IMG/VR virus record: IMGVR_UViG_3300036770_005462
Location: 8,103 to 72,102 of that record
Length of the DNA stretch: 64,000 bases
Reading direction: 5' to 3' (one strand)
Source: a virus
The notes below the pieces were generated by a model, which was given only the letters and a program-made list of their open reading frames with translations, searched no databases and was not told the origin of the DNA. Both the position numbers and the translations under genes were made by a program. Below are positions 29,301-35,406 of the stretch, in pieces; within the stretch, counting starts at the first letter, position 1; every line of letters begins with the position of its first letter.

Positions 29301-29430
29301 ACCCACGGCAGGTCACGCAATTCAGCTGCTGCAAACCATCGCCGGAAGCCCGCAGGACAGCATGTCACAGGCGGTCTTGCGCTCGCTGCCGGCTTCGCCA
29401 ATCCTGCGTGGTATCGATGCCCGGATCTGA
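23311..29430 (+). CDS. Giant virion-associated protein (2039 aa), likely an internal/ejection protein
   Basis: Uninterrupted 6.1-kb ORF, translationally coupled to the upstream gene. It contains a lone HExxH (AHHEAVHDF) at about residue 1220. No RNAP motifs are recognised. Confidence 0.6.
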   Translation: MAGLRLYSLPPEEERPLTPYEQAVRGVDSSGGEFGRGVTSGLLGAFGGGYNATAGAFQEAMGGDPTRSYDTSRGLLRRAGQAAPIVNNWDKVNGVGDFLDYAAGAAGQGLASTAPGVAATLLTRSPRVGLATMFPMEMGESVAATRFDPSIQQPDTATMLSGAATKGAVNTAIEAVPFMNIFGRGPLRPLMKAATMPARAGGHMLAEGGTELAQQRVGQLAQDYMVPGRDTSEDNMELREAFLQGTLGATPFAGMSLAGHAARDAGVGMSSAIDKLFPAKGEPTALDDLIESTKSVGTKLKEKFDPVLGKDTAETMENLRKPVDVDALNEGKQFNLMRPGVDTAEDDIKKKHSFLRQQLGNKHTWLAEPLAKAMDRYLRGDTPGGDDAKFKQAILEAFDGNVERANGVMEHFAKAVEDFSGTLGERTTIYDTAREPSWGDREADDDTAAAPEGPAIEEGGQEYTPKANYRFAGTGRLRPYENRAQAGAARRALGAAEGSKVKVRTMLDWAQERGKDPDKALTDMIGGLRYDLNDIQKRLQDRDMPKEQREDLLQRSNEIVSLLRKAIPTTDPDTGEITDSATERLSKLFVLRGEALPADDLTATSEEIAAYADKREAFGGAKGAMVKFRAPNGKVQNFNARQILDLGLKSWSKRNPDQKFVDGPAHWRRVYEDGIARLTNAGYVPDQSERNGAFRPSLVVRDGETYGGLVEKTAQSGQTFDALRDEQFGADAAADQRAILSEPMQASPQEIAARKAEGWVPPTVAPEEQSSGRGDRMVETNLLNRESQQGPEGNVGEGFDPTLNTLRDQDPDGPRLFDENIVNSANPDFAPERLEDTLAKPYMVPDKRAKGGARKAKGEEVRVSGAPLAQPQAATGSNLEKLQGLKDHIEAYRANLEQRGIDPTKAPTMRLLLKRMAELEAERTKLTKEDVAAEESVADTAAREEANRALKREEAAAEKTRMAEVTKTQVIEPAEKPKAAPKKSKKKAKGYRYEIKDDMTEDEVGETRRLELINDLKKAGGVNLQDVMDVIGERKARGVKVMPGLFTKTGMRVDMLAEWMAENGYIADESETDKAWDIVRAATDKQGVFKIEDQDDLGRRRFEERANKEYSRMDLSGGAGQKLTADERQALIKEIVRLRGTQLQIAFKEFAQMGPAKLDAKGNPILDANGDPVRQGASGEWSKDKTAAHAQKIITLAVDIGFSNAMSVAHHEAVHDFFAALRSADSSPEMRNIAMTIERVAELPHIRKQLETLLKKHPEALEQLKNPEERAAYLFQFWKAGLIKDLAPSARNWFERLLKFLRDVLGIVSLEEKGEKLMLALDAGKFTDASTVGRVVAQMKLETAGDKLQRVAPALWHVGNVVMASVTDRMRLTEVPAIMAIADRLHRDVSRQTGMRDDRRPGATKADRRNDPTEQTDFLDAKQRASGIWYSQLLNLFQGADKFQIADALEALQSQEDSTDPMVVKIRAFLKRFHEYLSKADVMVMDDSPYEKIDSKGKTVWVSGDAARRWVPIAERQVGNYFPRSWDREKIMAHKDAFVDLIVQKGREGNKTVTRERALEIFDTMTSAEQDEIADGAAFTPYLMSANTRALRFITKDNAKDFAKFQKKDMVAILSTYTYQAVHRAEFTRYFGHDGQWIREKLAEAEAQGATPEQMATARKGVEAMLGSLGRDMTEGTRKLMTSLMAYENIVLLPLALVNNFMDVLQIGLRTGDLTESFNAMKQGVIGLKRQIMREGPDEAEQFSRLLGMIDENVELASYGMLYDGHFMGGMAKKVSDKFFRWNGMATWNTRMRVAATQAGVRFIERHADKALKGDEQSIRWLKELGLEKSDVRRDSNGKPMFKREDWAQKLNKPVDSKEVIAAADRMQKALFLFVDSAVIRPSAAHRPIWGSDPHWMLVFHLKQFTYSFQQVVLKYTRKELQHGNSFPAIALMMYVPFAMVTDLTRSAIVGRPIDFSLSGLMGSAVRNSAVLGTGTFGIDAWNDLGKNQVPGASFLGPTAGHAIQLLQTIAGSPQDSMSQAVLRSLPASPILRGIDARI

Positions 29431-29433
29431 CCG

Positions 29434-29859
29434 ATGTACTGCATTCGGGAAGTCGACGGTGATGAGGAGGCCGAGGTCATCGGGGAGCTGCATCGTATCT
29501 GCCTGCCGCATGACGAGCTGCCATCGACCACTGACGGTTGGTGGTGGCTCGCCTATGCGGGTGACGTAGCCGTCGGCTACGCCGGCATGCGGGATGCCAA
29601 GAGTGAGCCCGGAGCGGCGTTTCTCTGCATCGCCGGCGTAGTTCCCGAACACCGCGGCAAGGGCCTGCAGCGCAGGCTGATCAGGGTCCGGGTGCAGAAG
29701 GCGCGCCGCTTGATGAAGCGCGCCGTAATCTCCTACACGATGGACAACGCGCCGAGCGGCAACAACCTGATCGCTTGCGGCTTCCGTTTATACAGCCCAG
29801 ACAAGCGCTGGGAGGGCGGGGATGTGGCCTACTGGCGCAGACTTCTGGTGAATGACTAG
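29434..29859 (+). CDS. GNAT family N-acetyltransferase (141 aa)
   Basis: Acetyl-CoA binding motif VVPEHRGKGLQRRLI (Q/R-x-x-G-x-G/A). The size matches a single-domain GNAT. The start lies 4 nt after the giant gene stop. Confidence 0.65.
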   Translation: MYCIREVDGDEEAEVIGELHRICLPHDELPSTTDGWWWLAYAGDVAVGYAGMRDAKSEPGAAFLCIAGVVPEHRGKGLQRRLIRVRVQKARRLMKRAVISYTMDNAPSGNNLIACGFRLYSPDKRWEGGDVAYWRRLLVND

Positions 29860-29896
29860 GCATAGAATCCGGCGAGCCGGCTTACTGCCAGAGAAA

Positions 29897-29930
29897 AAGA
29901 GCCGGGATCACCGGCTCTTTACTTTTTTCT
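29897..29930. terminator. Bidirectional rho-independent terminator at the convergence point of the two arms
   Basis: AAAGAGCCGG-GATCA-CCGGCTCTTT hairpin with T-runs on both strands (ACTTTTTTCT on +, and a TTTTCTCT equivalent on -). Confidence 0.8.
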
Positions 29931-30331
29931 TACGCGAAGATGGCTTTCAGCCGCTTCGTAACTGACTTTGTCGGAGCCCCGGGCAGGTAGCTCCAATCGG
30001 CTCCCGGCGGACCGTAGCGCATCAGCATGCTGTGCACGTTCGGCCAGTTCGGTTCGCTCTGCGTCTTGGCTTCTATTCGCTCTCTCGTGCGCCCGCGAAT
30101 GAGGCCGTAGGCCATGTGCGTGTCACGCGCTTCCTTACGCACGTTGATCACGCGATGGCGATGCAGATCGTTCCGCAGCTGGCCCCATGAACGCTTTTCT
30201 TCCTTACGGATGATGTGCGATTCGGCCACCAGCGTTTTCAATTTCACCCGCAGCATTTCGCGGCGGTCAAGCATCTTGCCTTCTTTGTCTTGCATGTCTA
30301 TCTCCAAGTGGTGAATGAATGATCTCGCCAT
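29930..30331 (-). CDS. Hypothetical protein (133 aa), last gene of the minus arm
   Basis: ORF ending at the bidirectional terminator. Confidence 0.45.
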   Translation of the reverse strand: MARSFIHHLEIDMQDKEGKMLDRREMLRVKLKTLVAESHIIRKEEKRSWGQLRNDLHRHRVINVRKEARDTHMAYGLIRGRTRERIEAKTQSEPNWPNVHSMLMRYGPPGADWSYLPGAPTKSVTKRLKAIFA

Positions 30332-30376
30332 CTAGGAGATAGGCGGGGCTCTAATGCATTCAGGTCATGGTGTGTC

Positions 30377-30447
30377 CTTGGCGGTTCCGGTGGGAGTCGA
30401 ACCCACTGTATTTCGGGATTGAAAGCCCGATACTCACCCTGACGGAA
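30377..30447 (-). tRNA. tRNA-like element with a canonical acceptor stem, T-arm and CCA but an aberrant D/anticodon region
   Basis: Minus-strand read: GGTTCCG...GTGGG-TTCGACT-CCCAC-CGGAACC-G-CCA. The acceptor stem is a perfect 7 bp and the T-loop is TTCGACT. However, the only stem available for the anticodon arm (TCGGG/CCCGA) encloses an 8-nt loop CTTTCAAT, and no D-stem can be drawn. Confidence 0.4.
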
Positions 30448-30452
30448 CCGAA

Positions 30453-31094
30453 TTACGGCAACCTGCAGAGGGCTACGGTATCGATACGACCGTTCACGCT
30501 GCAATAGCGATACGGGTCTTTGCCAACGCTGTTTGTAATGCAATTGCATTGCGTGCCGGCTTGCACCGTGCCGTTTGATGGCGACACCAGCGCGCCGCTA
30601 CGCGTTGCGTAGGTAGGCCGCAGCCCGGTGCCTGCTACCGCGTACACCGCGCGCGACGGCGGCGTGTTCAGCGCCATTGCGGCGAATACTGCTTCGCACA
30701 GCTGTTTGTCGGCCGCGTTCTGCGCAATCGCTTCAGCACACGTGTGTCCGGTGTCTGCCCACGCAGCGGTGATCTCGTTGATCTTCGCCCGCGGGTCGGC
30801 TGCGCTAGTGATCGCTTTCGTGGCTTTCGCCAGCAGCTCGTCGAGTGAGACTTCACCGGACTTTGCCAGCAGCGTTGGGATCGCGGAAGCAGGCAGGCTA
30901 CGGAAGTAGCCAACCCATTTCGCGCCGTCCCAGCAGTACCAATACAGCGCAGTTCCGTCGGAGCGCCACAACTGAAACGGCAGCTTCGTCGGATAAGCTT
31001 TGTCGGGGTCCAGCGTGGGGTAACACGCTGGCGTCAGCTGGGCGTTTGCTGCAGTGCAAACAATCAGAAGCAAGGCGGCGATCAGGGTGCGCAT
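30453..31094 (-). CDS. Secreted/periplasmic Cys-containing protein (213 aa) with an N-terminal signal peptide
   Basis: MRTLIAALLLIVCTAANA-Q has the form of a signal peptide. The protein contains 8+ Cys. Confidence 0.5.
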   Translation of the reverse strand: MRTLIAALLLIVCTAANAQLTPACYPTLDPDKAYPTKLPFQLWRSDGTALYWYCWDGAKWVGYFRSLPASAIPTLLAKSGEVSLDELLAKATKAITSAADPRAKINEITAAWADTGHTCAEAIAQNAADKQLCEAVFAAMALNTPPSRAVYAVAGTGLRPTYATRSGALVSPSNGTVQAGTQCNCITNSVGKDPYRYCSVNGRIDTVALCRLP

Positions 31095-31432
31095 GTGGGA
31101 CCGTCTACGTATTTTTCAGGCTCAATTGGACCGTACCGCCATGCCCCGGTCAAGCGCTGATGAACGAGGAATCCGGCGATCTCTTCCTTGAATATATCTA
31201 CAAGGTAAAGGGGCGGGTTGGACCACATTTCATCCCCGGCTTTCAGCCAGACAGGTGTTTCGTACTGTTCCAGCTCTATGGAATCGTGTATTTCAACCTT
31301 CTTGCGCGTCCGCACGGCGATCCACAAGGTATACGCCTCGTCTGTCTGGTCGTTGAAGAAAAACAGCTGGCGTCTGGTGTTTGAAAACGGCACGTTGTGC
31401 ACGGACCAACCGTTGCGCTCTGCAATCTTCAT
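31082..31432 (-). CDS. Hypothetical protein (116 aa)
   Basis: ORF only. Confidence 0.4.
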   Translation of the reverse strand: MKIAERNGWSVHNVPFSNTRRQLFFFNDQTDEAYTLWIAVRTRKKVEIHDSIELEQYETPVWLKAGDEMWSNPPLYLVDIFKEEIAGFLVHQRLTGAWRYGPIEPEKYVDGPTCAP

Positions 31433-31857
31433 CGCTTGGACGTGATAACGACGTGCACGTTGGGTAGATCGATGACTACCGAATCGCCCTCGACGTGCAC
31501 CGCTGGCTTTTTCGCAATTGGAAGTTCCGCGACTACGGAGTGCCGCGGCTGCGCGTCGTAAGCGCGCGCTTGCATTTCGGCAAGTTCAGCCGGGTGCAAC
31601 ACACGGCGGAAGTTCGCGGGCTTCCAGCTGTATGCCCACTTGGCTTGGCTATGCGGCGTCTTTAACGCGGGCTCTCGAAAGAGATAGCCACGCCGCCACA
31701 GATTGCCAAGCGCATCGGATACTGCGTTGACATCTGCAGCGATAGCTCGCACTTCGGGTACATCGAACAACGTTACACACGTCTGGGGATGCGTCTGGGT
31801 TTTGAGAACCCGTTCCAGTACGTGATACAGATTTCGCTCAGAAGGCAGGGTGCCCAT
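31429..31857 (-). CDS. Hypothetical protein (142 aa)
   Basis: ORF only. Confidence 0.4.
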   Translation of the reverse strand: MGTLPSERNLYHVLERVLKTQTHPQTCVTLFDVPEVRAIAADVNAVSDALGNLWRRGYLFREPALKTPHSQAKWAYSWKPANFRRVLHPAELAEMQARAYDAQPRHSVVAELPIAKKPAVHVEGDSVVIDLPNVHVVITSKR

Positions 31858-31906
31858 CTGATACCTCCCTGTGGTTGGCAGACCAATGGAGGATCAAGCG
31901 ATCCAA

Positions 31907-32128
31907 TCAGCGTCTCATTCTGCTCAAATGCTCTTTCCGGGTCTGACATTCTATACAGGTATGGTACCCGTGTAGAAGCCTTGGTTTCGATACCTCGTCT
32001 CCGCAGTCCGAACAACTACTACCGTTCCAGTCTGCGGGCGGAGGATTCCGTTTGGTAGCAAGAGATATTCCCCTTTCAATCTCCGCGTCGGTCAACTTCG
32101 CGGCTAGTTCGAAATCTTTTTCGTCCAT
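31907..32128 (-). CDS. TraR/DksA-family C4 zinc-finger protein
   Basis: CSDCGDEV...17 aa...CIEC spacing with an acidic N-terminus, at the size typical of phage TraR-like proteins (73 aa). Confidence 0.6.
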   Translation of the reverse strand: MDEKDFELAAKLTDAEIERGISLATKRNPPPADWNGSSCSDCGDEVSKPRLLHGYHTCIECQTRKEHLSRMRR

Positions 32129-32176
32129 ACAAGTATGCCTCTGACACTATTGCGACGATCAGAATCGACGTCGTGG

Positions 32177-32632
32177 TTATCCGATAGATAGCAGAGACAA
32201 CTTTGGCTGCGACAAAAACGTTGCCGGGGAATGGCATGCGCGTACACCTATTTGACTACGAATCCAAGTCGCCAATCCTTGGCGCGATTGGAGGTGCATC
32301 AGATATTCAGCCGGTGTTACGCCTGCCTCCCACCGCTCCGGTGGAATGATGACGGCTCCGTCAGGCGACCCAACGACCACGATTACGTTCCTACCTTCAG
32401 CTAGGCGATTCACTAGCCAGTATTTCTGGCGTTCAGATAGGTCGGGTACGATCCGCGCTGCCTTCGGTATCTTGGGTATGTATTTGTACTCGACCCACAT
32501 ATCCCCACGGTCACCCGAGTACCACGTATCAGCGGTGCCCGAGCGATAGGGATTGTTCATCTTCTCCACATGAACATCGGAGAGATACCGGTTCACAGAC
32601 CGGATGAACGTATTTTCAGGTTTTGCGGCCAA
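32177..32632 (-). CDS. Hypothetical protein, possibly a PD-(D/E)xK / VRR-NUC-like nuclease
   Basis: Has a D...DMWVEYK motif resembling a D-x(n)-E-x-K nuclease core. This is weak evidence. Confidence 0.3.
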   Translation of the reverse strand: MAAKPENTFIRSVNRYLSDVHVEKMNNPYRSGTADTWYSGDRGDMWVEYKYIPKIPKAARIVPDLSERQKYWLVNRLAEGRNVIVVVGSPDGAVIIPPERWEAGVTPAEYLMHLQSRQGLATWIRSQIGVRACHSPATFLSQPKLSLLSIG

Positions 32633-33170
32633 GTACGATGGATTGCAGTTGAACCTGCAAGTCCTCGATGGAACTGTTGTTGTCGATTACAACATCAAGC
32701 GGGGAAACCCGCACGCCGTTCTCGGACGAGTGCGCATTGACGGAAGCGGCATTGATGCGACGTAGATGAATCACTTTGCCGCCAAGGCTGCGCACCCAGT
32801 GCGCTTCGTTCTCGAAACGAATATCAGAGACCACCATCCCTGCGCCGCGCTCCAATAAGCGTCCGCGAGCGATGGTAAGCCAGATATCAGGAGCGACCAG
32901 CTGACGGCCCCATTCGGTGCCGAGCGTTTGCCACAGGTACCGCGGGCTACGTCCACCAAACGCCGGAATCGGATCTTCCTTATGCTCGATCCAGTATGGA
33001 TCAGCCGGGTCGATGCCAAAGCCGGCGCGAATCATGTCCTTGATGGGGTCTGCGAGGCCGTAGCGATAGCCGCCTGTCATCCCGATGATCAACTCCGCAG
33101 CGGTGTCCTTACCGCTGCGGGCGGGACCGGCAATGCCGATAACAGGAAACTTCATCGTACCTGTTGCCAA
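32616..33170 (-). CDS. Deoxynucleoside monophosphate kinase (phage dNMP kinase family)
   Basis: N-terminal P-loop IGIAGPARSGKDT; the product is 184 aa. Confidence 0.6.
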   Translation of the reverse strand: MATGTMKFPVIGIAGPARSGKDTAAELIIGMTGGYRYGLADPIKDMIRAGFGIDPADPYWIEHKEDPIPAFGGRSPRYLWQTLGTEWGRQLVAPDIWLTIARGRLLERGAGMVVSDIRFENEAHWVRSLGGKVIHLRRINAASVNAHSSENGVRVSPLDVVIDNNSSIEDLQVQLQSIVLGRKT

Positions 33171-33673
33171 ATGGCCTGCAAGTGAAGCGCCTGAGACAGT
33201 GCGTCATCAAGCGCATTGTGAGCGGTACCGATCTGGGGCTTAGGCACCCCGGGGTACATCGCCTTGACGGTGCGGTAACAACGCACGTTGTAGAAGCGCC
33301 ATGGAATGCCGCCCTGCACGTCGTTGTACGCGGTTTCGAGAATAGGCACATCAAACGCTGCGCCATTGGACCATACGTTCACGGTGTCTTGATCGCTACC
33401 GATGAACAGTCCCAAGTCATACAGCCCCACAGCCAATGAATGTTTGTGCGGGCCGTCGCTGAACACACGCTTGGCATCGTCGCCTTGATCGACCCACCAC
33501 GCGAGCGTTTGCGGGGAGATCTTGCGCGTGCCGTGATCCAGCTGGTCTTGTATATCCAATTCGAGATACAGCTTGCTGACGATTTCCGTTTCGGTAAAAC
33601 GGACTGCCCCAATGCTGAGGATGACCGCGCGCGGATCAGTCCCCAGTGTCTCTAAGTCCACCATCAAGTGCAT
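33152..33673 (-). CDS. DnaQ-like 3'-5' exonuclease (DEDD family)
   Basis: Exo I motif MVDLETLG near the N-terminus and an H-x4-D (AHNALDD) motif near the C-terminus. Confidence 0.6.
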   Translation of the reverse strand: MHLMVDLETLGTDPRAVILSIGAVRFTETEIVSKLYLELDIQDQLDHGTRKISPQTLAWWVDQGDDAKRVFSDGPHKHSLAVGLYDLGLFIGSDQDTVNVWSNGAAFDVPILETAYNDVQGGIPWRFYNVRCYRTVKAMYPGVPKPQIGTAHNALDDALSQALHLQAIWQQVR

Positions 33674-33741
33674 GACTTCCCCGAGGTCGTTAATTGTTGT
33701 TGTGAAAAAGAGGCGGGGGATTTGCTCCCCCGCCGTAACCC

Positions 33742-34485
33742 CTACCGCTGAACTCGGGCCGCGGAACGGCTCGGGGTGCGGGAAGCAGGGGAGGAGACAT
33801 CTTGAGCGGGCTGCTGCATCGCGGAATAATCCGGCTCAGTCAGCAACCGACGCCGCGCTTCTTCCATGCGCGCGACGGATTCGGCCAGCCGCGTATTCAC
33901 TTGCGGGTTGCCGAAGCGCAAAGTGGCATACGTTTCCTTCGGGTCGAAACCAATGGTGGTCACGACTTTCACCGGCGGCGCGTTGAAGTTGGCCGCGATG
34001 GAAGCAACGTACGTGTCGAATGGCTTGATGCCGGTCGGGCTGGTCTGCAACAGCCAGAGCGGTGTGTCAGCCGAGAAATCAACGGGCAGAACAGCCAGCA
34101 AGCGGGAGTTCTTGCACGCCTTGCCGCGGCCACCCGGACCTGTACCCCACACGTTGTGCGGGCAGGCGGAGCAGAAGTCGGCTTGCTTGGCGATGCTCTT
34201 GTCGCTTGGCTGCATTTGCGACACGTCTTCGCCGATGGAGTAGCAATCTGGCGGGACGATTTCGTTGCGGTCGAAGCTCCCCGAGTAGTACTGATTCATC
34301 GAGACGAAGTCCACGATGATGGCCTCGAAGGGACCGGGCGACTGCGTGCCGTCCGGGAACTTGAACATCTTGTTTTGCAGGACTTTGATGCGGTCGCCGC
34401 TGGGCTTGCTGATCTTGCTGGCGAGTTCCGCCGCCTTCTTGGCCAGCAGCTCGTCGTAATTGACGATTTCGTTAGACATTGTCAC
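33742..34485 (-). CDS. Hypothetical DNA-binding protein with a zinc-ribbon (CSACPH...GRGKACKN)
   Basis: CxxC...C-K-N cysteine pattern. Lies in the replication module. Confidence 0.35.
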   Translation of the reverse strand: MTMSNEIVNYDELLAKKAAELASKISKPSGDRIKVLQNKMFKFPDGTQSPGPFEAIIVDFVSMNQYYSGSFDRNEIVPPDCYSIGEDVSQMQPSDKSIAKQADFCSACPHNVWGTGPGGRGKACKNSRLLAVLPVDFSADTPLWLLQTSPTGIKPFDTYVASIAANFNAPPVKVVTTIGFDPKETYATLRFGNPQVNTRLAESVARMEEARRRLLTEPDYSAMQQPAQDVSSPASRTPSRSAARVQR

Positions 34486-34497
34486 CTCTGAACCTAG

Positions 34498-34866
34498 TTA
34501 AAGACTAGTAGTGCGCACAGTGCGCTTTGTGAACGGCACAACCCCGGGGATTCTGCCGTTTTTCTCAAACAACTCCCTGCAGCCATTGACTGAAGGGCGT
34601 CGGTCAAGAAGATGGAAGTAATCGTGGCGCTTGATATAGTCGTAGAACTGATCCCAGTCCTGCACGCTGGGCTTGATGCTCTCGACAATCGAGACAGTGG
34701 CCATCGAGCCGGTGGAACGCTGCACGCCTTGTGCGTCCATCAGCTCGATCAACTGCTCTTCTTCGCCTGCGATTTCTTGTTCAATCTCTTCAACGATCTG
34801 CTGTGCGATCTTTTTCTTCTGCTTCAATTGCATCAGACGGTCGATGCGTTCACCAATTGTTAACAC
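34498..34866 (-). CDS. Hypothetical protein (122 aa) with an acidic coiled-coil N-terminus
   Basis: ORF only. Confidence 0.4.
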   Translation of the reverse strand: MLTIGERIDRLMQLKQKKKIAQQIVEEIEQEIAGEEEQLIELMDAQGVQRSTGSMATVSIVESIKPSVQDWDQFYDYIKRHDYFHLLDRRPSVNGCRELFEKNGRIPGVVPFTKRTVRTTSL

Positions 34867-34875
34867 GAGGGAATC

Positions 34876-35406
34876 CTAGTCGAGGATTTGATGCAGGGCT
34901 CGATACAGCTCTCTGGCCGAGTCTTCACTGATAGTCCGTGCTTCGCCCTGACCTAGGTCAATTGTAATTTTGACTTGGCGTTCAACGCGGACTGCAATGG
35001 TAGTCGGTTTGTCGGTTTTCGCAACAGGCACCGAGACTTTTTTGGCAACGGCTTTTGGTTTCGCCGCACGGTCTTTGTATTTCTGCAACGCCCGTTGCGC
35101 GTGTGCATCGTACTTCGCCATTTCGGTGGCGATCTGCAAGCCCTTCTTGGAAGTCAGGCAGTAGTAGCGATACCGCAACCCGTAGCCGCACGCCTTATTC
35201 TCGGCAACTCGAATGATGTCGTGCGCTTTCCATAGTGCCGTGAAATGCGACGAGGCATGCTCGACATTGGGGAAGCGTTTCGGATCAAGGTCGAACAGAT
35301 CGGTCGAAGAAAGACCGTCGTCTCCTGCAGCGTCGATCAGGGAGAGGACGTACTTCTTCGCCTCCCCCTTATTTTGAGTAGTAGCGGGCATACTTTCCTT
35401 CTGCAT
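34876..35406 (-). CDS. Hypothetical protein (176 aa) with a Lys-rich C-terminus
   Basis: ORF only. Confidence 0.4.
   Translation of the reverse strand: MQKESMPATTQNKGEAKKYVLSLIDAAGDDGLSSTDLFDLDPKRFPNVEHASSHFTALWKAHDIIRVAENKACGYGLRYRYYCLTSKKGLQIATEMAKYDAHAQRALQKYKDRAAKPKAVAKKVSVPVAKTDKPTTIAVRVERQVKITIDLGQGEARTISEDSARELYRALHQILD

Noticed and set aside
23311-29430. Calling the 2039-aa protein an N4-type virion RNA polymerase
   Set aside because: I could not find the T7-like motif A/B/C signatures (D-x2-GSG-x-Q, R-x3-K-x7-YG, H-D-x) by eye, and the size is far below 3500 aa. It is left as a giant virion protein.
30377-30447. Interpreting the tRNA-like element as the 3' fragment of an integration-site tRNA, with the region as a prophage end
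   Set aside because: Both halves of the acceptor stem are present, so it is not just a 3' fragment. No integrase/recombinase gene is visible anywhere in the window. It is kept as tRNA-like with an unresolved role.
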